Source of the DNA: Lama guanicoe
Taxonomy: Eukaryota
Reading direction: 5' to 3'
Assembly: GCA_013239625.1 (NCBI GenBank)
Contig: MU053559.1
Location: 3,474,607 to 3,538,606, forward strand
DNA length: 64,000 nt
Part shown: positions 38,583 to 51,431 of the stretch, one piece after another
Layout of the letters: the number at the start of each line of letters is the position of its first letter
Position numbering within the stretch: position 1 is the first letter of the stretch
Translations under genes and position numbers: made by a program
The notes under the pieces: model-generated
Told to the model about the DNA's origin: nothing
The model's input: only the letters and a program-made list of their open reading frames with translations
Databases searched by the model: none

Positions 38583-39223
38583 GCTTTAAAATGCATCTAC
38601 ATCCTGATGATTCCAAAATTTATATCCTCCATCCAGATCTCTTCCCCTAACTCCATGTGCTGTCCACCTCTCTACTTGGGTTTCTATTAGGCATTTCCAA
38701 ATTAGAACTCTTGATTTCACCCCCACCTCCACTACATGTGTCTTCAACCTTCCTTATTTTTGTCAATGACAGCATGATTAAATCAGCTGTTAGGGTAAAA
38801 ACCTATGCATACTTCTTGATTGCTTTTTTCTCTTTGAATCATAAAATCAACCCACCAGCAAGTTCTTTGGGAAATCTACATTCAGAGTACTACTAGAATC
38901 AAATCACATTTCACCACTCCACTACCACCAACTCAATCCAAGTTTTTCCTAAGAGGTAAGTGTTAATTTGCTCATGAATTATCCCCTGTAGAGAAGGCAT
39001 TGGCCTCCTGAAAATCTCCATAGAAATTGGCCAAGGCTAGTGCTTAAAGCAATCAATCCTGGTCAAACACAAGGCTTGGACCACAGCCCTCCCAGCATGC
39101 CCTGATAGAGGCTGGTACTTCTCCAGTTATGAACACTGATGTGGCAAATCATGCTGTTTGCTTTCTTTGTCATACAGCTGCAACAGGTAGCTTGGCTCCT
39201 CCTCTTACTTCTACAATGTTAGA

Positions 39224-39370
39224 AAAGGAGCTGGCAGAATAGGGATGGAACAAAGTTCTACTATATCATATTGTCATTATATCCTGGTCGCGGATCACCC
39301 CAAAGGAGGGGCTGGCAGAATAGGGATGGTGTATGGTTTTACTGTGCTATATTATTATTACATCTTGGCC
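39224..39370. repeat. Diverged 81-bp-period tandem duplication
   Basis: gctggcagaatagggatgg is identical at 39230 and 39311, with gapless similarity continuing for about 40 bp. Confidence 0.8.
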
Positions 39371-41439
39371 CTTCATTATATCAGGGAAAAATCTGGTCCT
39401 TCCCTAACCATTCAACTTAAAAGCCTCACATCCCAAAAGCCACATCCCTCTCCCACATCTGGTACCTGTGGTAAAGCTACCCCAGAGTGTGAGAGGCAAC
39501 GGGGAATTCACATGTCTGCCCTGGTCCTGTCTCCTTGAGTTTTTCCCAATGAATGATGTCCCTGAAGGTCTGGTCCACGTGCCAGCCGATCATTTGTATT
39601 TTTTGCACAATAGATGTTCTGTTATCCAAATCAGAACTCCTGATTCTGCTTCCCCCATCTGCTGTGTTTAGCCTCTAATCTTCCCTATTTCAATTCAATG
39701 AGAATATCAATCTATCACCAGTCATACCAAAAACCCTAGTGTCATCGCCAATTCCTCTTTTACATCCGAACCATAAATTCAATCCATTATCAAGTTGTGC
39801 AAGAGCTCTACTTTCAAAATAGAGTCAGAATTCAACCATGTTTCACTGCATTGGCCTGCTAACCAGACTGCCTGTTTCCACAAAAGACCCAAGGTCATCT
39901 TTTGTGAACATAAATCATTTCACCCTCTAGTTCTAACCTCCCCAGTGGCTTCCCATTGCATTTAGAATACACTCTAGATGCCTTATCAATTGCTACAAGG
40001 CTCTGCGTGCTGTGGTCCTTGCCTCGTTCTCTTCTACTCTTGCTCATGCTCATTCTGCTCCAGCCACAGTGGCCTCCTTCCTTCACTTGCTTTGCTTGAT
40101 CCCATTCCAAGGCTATTTCCCCTGCCTGGAATGGTCTTCTCCTAACCCTTGCACAACTCTCGTACTTTACCCATATCTCTGAGTTCAAACAACACTTCCT
40201 CAGGTGCATTTGCTGACCACTCAATCTAAAGTAGCATTCTCCTTCACTCTAGACCCCCTTATCCTTTTTTGATTTTTGTCATTGCAGTGATCATCACCTG
40301 AAAGCATACTGTGTGATTCTTTATGAGATTGTCTCAGCTTCATGAGAGCTGGGATCTTGTCTGTCTTGTTTGCTCCTCTGTCTCCAAGGCCTAAAACCAG
40401 GCTTGGCTCTGCTCAAAATTATCTGTTGAATAAATGAATGAGTGGCACTAAAAAAAGTTCTGAAAATTATTTCTCAGTTATCTGGGGAAATCAGAGGATC
40501 TCTCTGAAAATATAATTATTCATCAATTAGGTAAGGAAAGACAGGGTTTTCTGCACCCAATAGCTGTTTAATAAATATAGATTGAATAAATAAATGGATA
40601 AAATGAAGCTTCCTTTTTTCATAGCATTGAACAACTATGGAATACCTCTATGCCTGTTATTTTTTTTTTCTTGACTCAAACCACCAAACATGTTGCTAAA
40701 ATTACATTTTAATTGAAAGAGTCATAAATTTGGGGAAGACAAACTGTTCAATATATGAAAAAATTCTTTGGGGAAAGATAGTGTCAAATATGATGAGTGG
40801 TATAATTTTTGTGTTGGTGGGGGGAGATCAAAAAATGTAATCTTTCTTTGAACATCCAGTCAGTGACTATTCATCCTTTCAAAAGCATACATTAATTACA
40901 AGCTGTCAGTAGAAACTCTTACAATAATTCTTTCTGTGTGAAATTGACCTTAAGTAGGATTAAAATTGACCTAACCCGAATTGGTTGAGTTACTAGTGAC
41001 TGTAGTTTGTCTATGATCGCTGAGACATGCAAATTTAATTTTTAAGAATTCCTTATTTCTAAACGAATGTCACATTTTACACTACAGGAAGTGAATATTT
41101 TTCAGTACTGTGAAATTTAAGAATTTGAGAAAATAAGATTTGCGGGTAGAGTCTATTATTTTATGGCAAGTACATAAGAAATTGAAGTTTAAATATGACT
41201 AAAGCCATTCTGTTTCACTATGAAGAAAGTTATTACTTCCTAGCCTGCCAGTAGTTTTATAAGCATCATAATATGAGAGTCAAAGATCTCAGGCCTCTTT
41301 ATAGCTGGAGCTGAGTTCACCATCTCCTTAGGTGATCTCCAACAGAACCTTGTCTAACAAAGACACGGAGCAATATTCTTTGAAATCTAAAGCAATGTCA
41401 GTTGAATGTCTCAAATAACCTTCACGCTGAGCCTCTTAA

Positions 41440-41545
41440 ATTGTTTTTCTTTACCCATAAAACAGATGAAGTAACTGAGGTTGTAAGAAGTTAACAGCTT
41501 TCCCAAAATTGCAGAGTTAATAAGATTTTCCAGTCTGGGGCCACT
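41440..41545 (-). mobile_element. MIR fragment
   Basis: cccataaaacagatgaagtaactgaggtt..gaagttaac..ttcccaa. Confidence 0.65.
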
Positions 41546-42705
41546 GTGGTGCAATTGAGTTAAGGATGCAAAAAAAAAAAAAATGGAGCAGCATGAAAGG
41601 AGAGGATAATCAATTGGACTTGGTAACACAGCGAGAGGTGCCAATGAAATATTTAAATGGAGAGTTCTCGGGAGTGAGTGGAAATTCTTGTTTTGAAGTT
41701 CAGAAAGCAGGCTAAGAACAGACATTGACCTCGAGGTAACCGTTGAGCCAGGGACTAGATAAATTACTCAGGTGGGTTTGCGGAGAAGAAAATTAAGGCC
41801 TGGAAAGAAAGGATGCCAGGCTAGGAGTGGATCCTCTGACATGATGAAGACTAAGAGAAGAAAGAAATTTTAGGAAGAGTTCCTCACTTGTGTCAGATAC
41901 TAGGGAGGGATTCTGTGGGGTGAGGAATAAGACCTGTGAAATAAAAATGGACACTGAAGTCCTTACCTCTAGCATGGAGCCCCCCCAGTGGTTTGGCAGC
42001 GTCCTGATGAGTTTAATAGCCCCATTTCTCACCTAATTAAAGTAGGGCTAATTTTAGAACCATAATGAAGCAAGATAACACATTTTGTTAGAGGATCTGT
42101 TTCCTCCTTAAGTATAAGTCCTTTTTTAATCTCAAACATTCTTTGGATTTCTTTGAATCCTTGCCTTTTAAATTTTGTGTGTAAAATAATTTTTCATTAT
42201 CTTTATGGAATAATTCATAGACAGAAGGATGTATGTGAAAAGAAAAGGGCTAGATAAAATCTTAGTTTTTCTATTATACTAATAATGTTGCTCTTAAAGT
42301 GATTTTTATAAAGTTCAAAAGGTGCTTAAATTTAGAGCTGGGAGTCTTTTTTCTGTCATCATCTTTTTATAAACCAAAGATTGTCCTGAGTTATGCCTTT
42401 GATGAGATCTACAGTATGTTGTAAGAAAAAGATGTCCTCTCAATGCTTTGAAGATGCTCATAAAACGGTGGAAAAGATGCCAAAAAAGATTATTCACTAA
42501 AATTAGCACATATCTAGTGGTTCATTAGCTTGAATTTACATTATAAAATTGTTTATTGAATTCATTGACAGGGGGCTCTTATAATGGCTAATGACTGGTT
42601 CTTAACTCTAACTACATTTTAGAATTGCCTGGAGAGATTTTTTTTTTCCCCTGAGGCTGTCTCCTTTAATCCGGTAATGTTTTTGTGGGGAGAAGGAGCA
42701 TGCCG

Positions 42706-43945
42706 TGTTGTTGTTGTTTTAAAAAACAAACTTATTTTTTAGAACAGTTTTGAAGTTCACAGCAAAACTGAGTGGAAAGTACAAAGAGTCCCCTGACTTC
42801 CCCTGTTCCTACACATGCATAGCTTCCCCCAATGTCAACATCCTGCACTAGAGGCTACATTTGTTACAGCTGATGAACCAACATTGAAAGTCTATAGTTT
42901 ACATTAGAGTTCACTCTTGATGTTGTACATTCTATGGGTTTGGACAAATGTATAATGACACGCATCCATCATTATAACATCATACAGAGTATTTTCCCTG
43001 CCCTAAAAATCCTCTGTGCTTCATCTATCCATCCCTGGCAAATACTGATCTTTTTACTCCTTCCATAGTTTTGCTTTTTCAAGAATGTCTTATGTTTGGA
43101 ATCATACAGTATGTAGCCTTTTCATTTTGACTTCTTTCACTTACTAAGATGCATTTTTTAAAATTCAGCTTGACTGAGATATAATTGACCTATAAAATTG
43201 TAAAGAAATATGCATTCAAGATTCCACCATGTCTTTTCATGGTTAGATAGCTCATTTCTTTTCAGCACTGAATAATATTTCATTGTTTGGCTGTACCACA
43301 ATTTATCTATTCACCAACTGAGAGACTTCTTGGTTGTTTCCAAGTTTTGGCAGTTATGAATAAAGCTGCTCTAAATATCTATGTGGATGTAAGTTTTCAA
43401 CGCCTTTGGGTAAATACCGAGGTTTGCAATTGCTGGATCATATGGTTAGAGTATGTTTAGTTTTGTAAGAAACTGCCAAATTGTTTTCCAAAGTGGCCGT
43501 TACTGTTAAATTCCCACTCATAATAAATCAGAGTTCCTGTTGCTTCATATTCTCACCAATGTTTGGTGTTGTCAGTGTTCTGGTTTGAGGCTATTCTAAT
43601 AGGTATGCAGTGGTATCTCATTGCTGTTTTAATTTCCATTTCCCTGATGACATGTAATGCAGAACATCTTTTCATGTACTTATTTGCCATCTGTATCTCT
43701 TCTTTGGTGAGGTATCTGTTCAGGTCCTTTGCCCATTTTTAAATCAGGTTTTTTTTTGTTTTCTTCTCGTTGAGTTTAAGATTTCTTCATGTATTGTGGG
43801 TAAAAGTCCTTCATCTGATGTGTCTTTTGCAAATATTTTCTCCCAGTCCACAGGTTTTCTTTTCAGTCTCTTAACATTTTCTTTTGTGGAAGTTTTAATT
43901 TTAATGAAGTCCGGCTCATAAATTGGACTGTGCCTTAGATGTTGT
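42706..43945 (-). mobile_element. L1MC1-like 3' segment containing a ~55-bp younger L1 3' stub at 43156-43206
   Basis: tttttagaacagttttgaagttcacagcaaaactgag..; ORF2 3' region further in; stub flanked by aagatgcatt / aatatgcatt. Confidence 0.85.
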
Positions 43946-43957
43946 AAGGGAAGCTTT

Positions 43958-44742
43958 ATTTATGTATTTACTTATATTCCTCATCTTCTTATTTTTTCCC
44001 TAGCTTTACTGAGATATAATTGACACATAACATTGCATAAGTTTAAGGTGTATAATGGGCTAATTTGATTTGATGTACTTACACATTGCAAAAGGATTTT
44101 CACCATAGCGTTAACTAACACCTCCACTGTGTCACATAATTACCATTTCTTCTTCATGGTGAGAACATTTAAGATCTACTCTCCTTGCAACTTTCAAGTA
44201 TATAATACAATATTGTTAACTATAATCATCATGCTATAGTCAGATCCCTAGTACTTATTCATTTTATAACTAGAAGTTTGTACTGTTTGACCAACATCTC
44301 TTTATTTCCCCAAACCCTCAGTCCCTGATAACCACCACCGTACTATCCAAGAATTTGGCTTTTTTAGATTTCAGATATACATGAGATTATACAATATTTG
44401 TCTTTCTATGTCAGATTTATTTTACTTAGCATTATGCCCTCAAGTTTCACCCATGTTGTCCCAAACGGCAAGATTTCTTTCTTTCTCATGGCTGAGTAAT
44501 ATTCCATTGTGTGTGTGTGTGGGTGTGTGTGGGTGTGTGGGTGTGTGTGTGTATACACAACATTCTGTTTATCCATTCATCCATCGATGGACACTTAGGT
44601 TGCTTGGCTATTGTGAATAAAGCTACAGTGAACATGAGGGTGCACATATCTCTTTGAGATCCTGTTTTTACTTTCTTTGGATAAATACCCAGGAATGGGA
44701 TTGCCAGATCGTATGATAGTCCTATTTTTAATTTTTTGAGGA
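43958..44742 (-). mobile_element. L1MA9-like 3' segment
   Basis: agctttactgagatataattgaca..gtgagaacatttaagatctactct..; TSD tgtaagggaagcttt / tgtgaggggagcttt; (GT)n at 44509-44552. Confidence 0.85.
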
Positions 44743-45259
44743 TGTGAGGGGAGCTTTTAAAATCATTTAAAGCCCAGTCTCCACCTCTGAAGAGTTTGTT
44801 TTAGTTAACCTGAGAGGGGCCTGGGTATCAGCATTTGAACACTCTCTAGTTAATTCTGAAGTTGAGAAGCACACGTTTAGTACCATAGTTTCCTTTCTCT
44901 ATTTTTAGACAATAACTTTCTATAATTAAAAACCAAACAAGCAAAAATTATTATTTATTTTTCTGGTGACAACCCAATATCCTGATTTTCCTCTTACCTC
45001 TCTGGTCTCTTCTTTTCAGTCTCACTCAATGTAGGTGAGCTCCAGGGCTCTATCATGGTTCTCCATCTCTTCTTTAGCTAGATTCTCTTCCTCAGTGATC
45101 TGAATTAGCTCTAAATACCCTCCATAGGTTGACAACGTCCAAATGTCTTTTCTCCAGCTCTGAAATAGCCCTTGCCATCTGAACTTGTATATCACACCAT
45201 CTTTTCTACATTTCAACTTGAATGTCTTATAAGAATGTTAAACTGAACCCATTCCAAAT

Positions 45260-45584
45260 GATAAATTGGATCTCATAAACCATTTAAGATCTGATCTTTG
45301 AAAGACACCATCCAAGAGATTTGCAGATACTAACTACTATATATAAAATAGATAAACAACAAGTTTCTACTGTAGAGCACAGGGAACTATATTCAATATC
45401 CTGTAGCAAACTATAATGAAAAAGAATATGAAAACGAATATATGTATGTATATGCATGACTGAAACATTATGCTCTACACCAGAAATTTAACACATTGCA
45501 AACTGACAAAACTTCAATTAAGAAAAATGGCTTTAAAAAAAGATAAAACTCCTAAACAAACAAACAAACAAACAAACAAAAAAC
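45260..45584 (+). mobile_element. L1 3' fragment with an extra 5' segment and (AAAC)n tail
   Basis: 19-bp TSD aactgaacccattccaaat (45241-45259) / aactgaacccgttccaaat (45585-45603). Confidence 0.85.
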
Positions 45585-45981
45585 AACTGAACCCGTTCCA
45601 AATTGAATTTAATGATTCCAGCCCCATCATTAACCAAACCTGTCCTTCCCTCAGTCCACCGTGGGGCAGGAATCATACTGAATTTTTCTTTTTGTCACCT
45701 CTCACACATAATTCAGAAACAAGACTTGTATATTCTATCACACAAATACATCCAAAATCTGTCCACTTCACTTCACTTGAACTACTTCAACCATAGTGCA
45801 AGCCACCGCCTTCTCTGGCCTGGGAGACTTCAGGGACTGCTCTCCTTCCACTCTTTGTCACTTCCAACCTCCTCATCTGCCTGTGATCCATCTCTACATA
45901 TAAGCCAGAACGAGCTTCTAAAACAATGTAAGTCATTTCTTTAAACCCACCAATGAATTCCCATCCTTTTGCAAACAAAAC

Positions 45982-46456
45982 TGTGTTAGTTTCCTAGGGC
46001 TGCCGTATCAAAGTACTAAAAACTGGGTGGTTTAAAACAACACAAATGTATTGTCCTATAGTCCTGAGGGTCAGAAGTCTGAAACCGAGCTGTCAGCAGG
46101 ACCATGTTTTCTCTGATGGCTTTAGGGGAGCATCCTTCCTCATCTCTTCAGCTTCTGATGTTTGTTGGCAATTCTTGGCCTTCCTTGGCTTACTGATGCA
46201 TCACTCCAGCCACATGGCCATCTTCTCCCTGTGTATCTTCACATCTTCTTCCCTCTGTGTATGTCTGCTTCTGTGTTTAAAATTCCCCCCTTTTTATAAG
46301 AACACCAGTCATATCAGATTAGGACCTACCTTAATGAATTCGTTAATTTGATAATCTCTATACAAACTCTATGTTCAAATAAGATGGCATTCTGAGGTGC
46401 TGGGAGTTAGGACTTCAACGTATCTTATTTGGAGGAGACACAGTGCAACCAACAAC
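45982..46456 (-). mobile_element. MaLR solo LTR, MLT1C-like
   Basis: tgtgttagtttcctagggctgccgt..aactgggtggtttaaaacaaca..cattctgaggtgctgggagttaggacttcaac; aaaac on both flanks. Confidence 0.85.
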
Positions 46457-46794
46457 AAAACCTCAAACTCCCTATACAGGCCAATAAAGCTTTGTGTAAT
46501 ATATATGGCCTTGCTTTCATCTCTGACCACATCTCTTACCACTTGCCCTTCTCACTCTGTTCCAGCCACCTGGGCATTTCTGCTTATTAACCTTCGCTCT
46601 TTATTAAGCATTTTGAGTTTAGCATTTAAACTCAAATGTCACACCTACAGAGAAACCAAGTCTGGTCGCTGTATTCACTCATCCCTCTTCCTGCTCTACT
46701 TCAGTTACTCTCTAGCTCATTCATTACTGTTTCACTTTTCTCATGGCATTCATCACTCTGTGAAGTCACCTGGTGTTTATATTGTCTCTCTGAC

Positions 46795-47322
46795 TGTGGC
46801 AGATACTACTGGTTATCTACCCCTACTATTCATCCTCTTTCATCACTAAGAATCTGATCATGTCTAGTCCTAGGGCATGGATCATGATTGAGCCAGGCCA
46901 GTCATGGCAACTGTGTTTCCCTTTGCAGAGATTACTGGTGGGGTGGGAATGTGGCCAGGTTCTGGTCAATGGGCTACAAGGGGAAGCCCTTGGGATTTCT
47001 GGAAAGATTTTCCTCCTGATTGAAGAAGCAGATGGAAAGCAAGCTCTTCTCTCTTTCCTTCTTGACTCTTGAATTTAGATATGATTTCTAGAGTTCTACC
47101 AACCATCTCATGTCCATGAATCAGTCTGCTGGGGAGAACAGAGGCCAACAAGGTTGAGCATGATGGAAGAGGGAGGAGCTTGAGTTTTTGACGATATCAT
47201 GGCTACTGTACCAACCCTAAAACTAATACGTCCTGATTGAACACCATAAATGTTCCCAGGTTTTTAAGCCATTGATGTTCAATTTTTTTGTTATTTAACT
47301 TGAAAGTGTCCTTACTCATATA
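46795..47322 (+). mobile_element. MaLR solo LTR, MLT1J/K-like
   Basis: tgtggcagatact..ttctggtcaatg..ttctggaaagattttcctcctga..tttaagccattg. Confidence 0.65.
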
Positions 47323-47898
47323 CTCCTCCATCATTACCATAGAATCTTTGTCTGTCTTATCCAATCCTGGGGCCCAGTGAGAACAATATCTGGCAGGTAG
47401 GAAACACTGGGAATATGTGTTGAATGAATGTATGAATGAATGAAAGTACCTATTAGCGTCCCTGCCATGCTACCCACCTTTGCTCCTCTGACTCAGTCTT
47501 CTTCTTCCACTGCTTTGTCTCAGACTGCTTTTCCACTCTATTCTTTCCTTTTTTAACCTCATCTGGCCCCCAGCTCCCATCCTGGCTCCTCCTCTGCTCC
47601 CCATGTCCTCCTGGCTCCAGATACTAATGGTTTACGCCCAGCCAAAAATCTGACTGTGTGTTGTTTCATCCTCCAACTCCCATTCTGTGGCTTCAAAGCC
47701 CAGACCGAATGGAGTTCTCCTGGATGCACCACCCTGATCACATTCTATCTTGCAGTGTCTTCATAAGTGAACGTTTCTCTCTTCCTTACAGCATCACAAA
47801 CACCTTAAGAACTGAATCTATGTCCTATTTTTACTTGCAACTCTCACAAATAACAGAGCGTGACGATCAAAGCATTGTTCAGTGAATTTCTGTTAAAT

Positions 47899-48164
47899 GG
47901 GGGCAGCATGGCATAGTGGTTTGAGCTACGGTCTTTTAGAGAGAGGAAAGCCAGGGCTCATATCTGCCTTTTGCTTGCTTTGTCAACCACAGAAAAATCA
48001 CCTATCCTCTAGGAGCCTCAGTTTCTCCACTTACAAAATGGAGAAAAAGGGTATCTATCTTATAGGATTACTGTGTACTCCCTAAAAGAGATAATGCATA
48101 TGGAATATTTGGCACAAAGCCCAGCAGAGAGTAAGCACCCATTCAATAGGTGCTACTATTATTT
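47899..48164 (+). mobile_element. MIR, near full length
   Basis: ggcagcatggcatagtggtt..gagcctcagtttctcc..aaaatgg..gagataatgcat..gtaagcac. Confidence 0.85.
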
Positions 48165-48365
48165 ATAGGTATATTTGCATGAATAATATTATATTCACCA
48201 GCACAGTAAAGATTAGTATTCTTATAGAGAATTGTAAATCATGTCCAGCAGACTATGCTGGTATTTTGAGATTTTATACCCCTCCCCCAACACACACACA
48301 CACCTATCTGTATCCATATAGATATGATGTCAAATGTTATTGGCTTTTAGTGGGTGTTTTGATAA

Positions 48366-48366
<1 letters not shown>

Positions 48367-48423
<57 letters not shown>
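48367..48423. repeat. (TA)n microsatellite
   Basis: About 24 consecutive TA units. Confidence 0.95.
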
Positions 48424-48425
<2 letters not shown>

Positions 48426-48534
48426 AACTATGATTCTTGTTATATATCCACATAGTTATTTTCTACTTTTGAAATGTTACAGCAGAGATTATAGCCAAGT
48501 GAAAAATGAATCTGAAACCATTTGTTTGTTGGGG

Positions 48535-48614
48535 ACATTTCCATTTGTACATTAATGATACATTTCCATTTGTATATTAATTTGTATTTGTATTTCCATG
48601 TGTATATAAATGAT
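48535..48614. repeat. Short minisatellite, ~25-bp unit, 3 degenerate copies
   Basis: acatttccatttgtacattaatgat / acatttccatttgtatattaat / atttccatgtgtatataaatgat. Confidence 0.75.
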
Positions 48615-48644
48615 ATTAGTCTACCTAAATTTGGAAAAGGCAGT

Positions 48645-49190
48645 GTTCAGTGTCAGGACTCCAGGTTGCCAACCTCGAAAACTGTCTCTAGCTAATTAAA
48701 ACAGAAAGGAATTTATTGGCAGGATCTTGGTGGGTGTGGTGACATGGGGCAGTCCACAGAATCACCAGGAAAGCTGGAGATCCAGGCTCATAAAATGGTG
48801 ACAAACACAGATGCAGCCCAAAAGACCAAGACTGCTCAGAATGCCATCATGAGCAGACCCTGTGTCCCTGGGACACCCATTGTCCACATCGCTGGACTCT
48901 GTTGCCCTTGACACTGGCTGCCTTAACCTCCGGTCTCTCGATTCCAGTGTAACCAGAGGCAATAACCTCTGCAAGTCTGCAGACCTTGGCCAGCCCTCCT
49001 GAATGGCACATCTGCTGAGCCAGGCTTGGTCGCACCTGGCTCCCCAGCTGCTCTGAGGAAGGAAGCAGAAGCATCTGTTCCCTTCAGATTCTGCAGGGAG
49101 GAGGCAGGTCTTGCCTCCCACTAGCCTTGGGATTCTCCATCCCTCCAGGGGTCTCTGGATGCTGGGTGATTCTTGTAAATGTCCACTAGA
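48645..49190 (-). mobile_element. Old MaLR LTR (MLT1M/N-like)
   Basis: tcaggactccaggttgc..ctctagctaattaaaacagaaaggaatttattg..cacagaatcaccagga..aaatgtccacta. Confidence 0.6.
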
Positions 49191-51210
49191 GCGCTACCAA
49201 GAAAGAGAGAGGCAACCTGAAAACAGTATGAGAACTAAAAGGTTCAGGAGGGTCCCTTGAAGAACTCCCCATCCAGCTGATGGACATCTTCTCCAAAATC
49301 TTCCCATCCTGAGTGCATATGAAATAACAGCGGGAGTATTTTCATCCCCTTTGGCATAGACAGAAATGTAAAGAGAGCCCTTCTTTCTCAGGAACATGAA
49401 TAATGGCTGGTAAAGTAACCACGCATGGCACAGTGACCTTTCTGAAAAGCATGATGATGTGATGAAAAGAGTTGCTGGGGCTAGATACCTATTGATAGGC
49501 TCAGAAATGGGTCCCCTGGAGCCCAAGGGGCGGAGGCGAGCCTCCCACTTGAAAGGGGCAGCAGATGGTATATTCTTCGCCACCCCTGACAGTCTAACGG
49601 CTGAAGGAAGCAGTGGGGCTCCATCTGGGAGACAGCCTGTCTTCCCTGGCCAAGCAGTCAATGTGTTTGCAATTTTTACACTTTCTGCAGTGCTCATGCA
49701 GAAGGGCAGCTTGTAGAAGGCTGGAAAATTCCAACCAGGAAGAACCACACCTTGTCATGTCACTTCAGAGCAGATAAATTGACTCTGAGAACCCAGAGGC
49801 AAAAGATAGCAGGATGGAGTGGGGGACATATGTTGAGAAAACCACAACTTATTAGGAGAAATGAAAAGGTGGATGGATGTCAAGGTCTGATACTTGAAAA
49901 TGTTGGTGGCCAAGGGGTTTATCCACCCTCTCAATCCAACCCACAAAATTAGGCCAGAAAATGTGTTCATTTACTCAGCTACTAGTCATTTCCCCTTTCA
50001 GATTATTTCCATTTCTAAGCTCCAATTTCCATTTGCTTTTTGATCTTCTGCTTTTAAGACATTTCAGCCAAGATCATCATTGGCCAAGTGCCAGGTTTTC
50101 TTTCAAGGTTCTGAACTTGTCATTTATCCTATGTCTTTGTAGGTGGATTCCCTTTGTGACTGGCTGGGCCCAGGTAGACAGGGTTTTCCTGGTAAAGCCA
50201 AAGAAAAAGGGGCTTCTTACTAAAGGGTGGAAATCAAACTGAAAAATTTAAGACACCTCTTGTAAATGTCAGAGACTGGAGTGCAGGTCCTGTGGAAAGG
50301 TAATAATGTGATTATCAATTTATGAATGAATAATAAATGGTGTGATCTAGATGAACCTGAGAGCTTCAGTGTCAATAATTATATGGCAATCCCATGAGAA
50401 ATTTCTCCTTAAGTTTTATGATATATTTACTCTACCCCTTTTTTTATATTCTCAGTTTAATTCTTCATCAGTGTTAATAAAAATATTCTGGAGTTGGGTC
50501 CATCGGGCATAAAATTTTTTATAAATGGTTCAACAGTTTTTTGTGCTTTCCACAAAAATTGCTGATGGTTTTCTGTCTTGATTTTAAATTTTAAGGGCAA
50601 GAATTATGAAATATTTCCCTCTGTATTCCCCCAGCTCATAGCAGTATTATCCAGTTAGGAGGCATTAAGCCCACACACATAGTCACCATTGCCACTTTTC
50701 GACTAGTTGCAGTCCAGTGGGTTGGCCTTACCTGTTAGTCTCACACTCAAGCATCTCAGGGAGTCAAGGACTGCCACTTTCTCATTGCGTCTAAATCCAT
50801 CTAGAGTTTTATTCTAAATGATGCCAAAGAAGGCGCTTATTAAAGTACCATTGTGCATTTCATCATGGGTAGGCTGCGAGAAATCATTTAATGGATGAAC
50901 AACTCAGAAAAGAACTCTCACCACCCACACACATCGTGATAAAACAGGGCAGCGTCTTTGCACTTGCTTCAACAGCATAGCCTGAGAAGTAGTTCTGATT
51001 TCCATGTTTCTCCCCACTGTCTTACTTAGAATTTCAACTTCATCCCGGTCAGCTGCTGCATCGTTAAACAGAATGCCGCTCTGTCTTTGTATTTCCGAAA
51101 CTCTCTTGTCTTTCCTGCTGACTGCACCTCTTTATGGCAGCCACATGCTTGCCAAAGAATTAAATCCCCTATATTGCTTAGCCCCTTATTATTATTTTCA
51201 AAACACCAAA

Positions 51211-51240
51211 NNNNNNNNNNNNNNNNNNNNNNNNNNNNNN
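51211..51240. other. Assembly gap (30 N)
   Basis: Run of n. Confidence 1.
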
Positions 51241-51431
51241 TCCTTGCCCTTGTTCTTCTCTGCTGTTCCCATCGTAAGATGCTCTGGGGAAGGGAGCCGA
51301 GCGGTGGGCAGCGGCTGTGAGTCCCCGATAACGAGCGCCTCACATTTCCGTGGCATTCCCATTTGCTAGTGCGCTGCTGCGGCCGCACGCCTGATTGATA
51401 TATGACTGCAATGGCACTTTTCCATTTGACA

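Larger units (their letters stand above)
38010..40445 (+). mobile_element. L2, fragmented by later insertions
   Basis: atccagtctcatggcttt|aaaatgcatctac..ccaaaatttatatc; ctccagccaca.tggcctcctt; 3' end tgttgaataaatgaatga. Confidence 0.7.
42595..44872. mobile_element. MER5A-like MITE split by about 2.1 kb of nested L1
   Basis: Left part ctggttcttaact..tagaattgcctggagag; right part ggggagcttttaaaat..ggggcctgggtatcagcattt..aagttgagaagcac. Confidence 0.7.
44990..47445 (+). mobile_element. L2, fragmented by L1 and MaLR insertions
   Basis: L2-like blocks at about 44990-45245, 45604-45980 and 46460-46790; 3' end tgttgaatgaatgtatgaatgaatgaa. Confidence 0.65.

Noticed and set aside
39224..39370. CRISPR-like repeat-spacer reading of short direct repeats (here, 22621, 28541)
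   Set aside because: Mammalian DNA, only 2-3 copies and no cas genes; tandem duplication or TSDs explain them.
49194..49748. Longest ORF (184 aa, minus strand)
   Set aside because: No recognisable domain and no evident exon structure; its length is compatible with chance.
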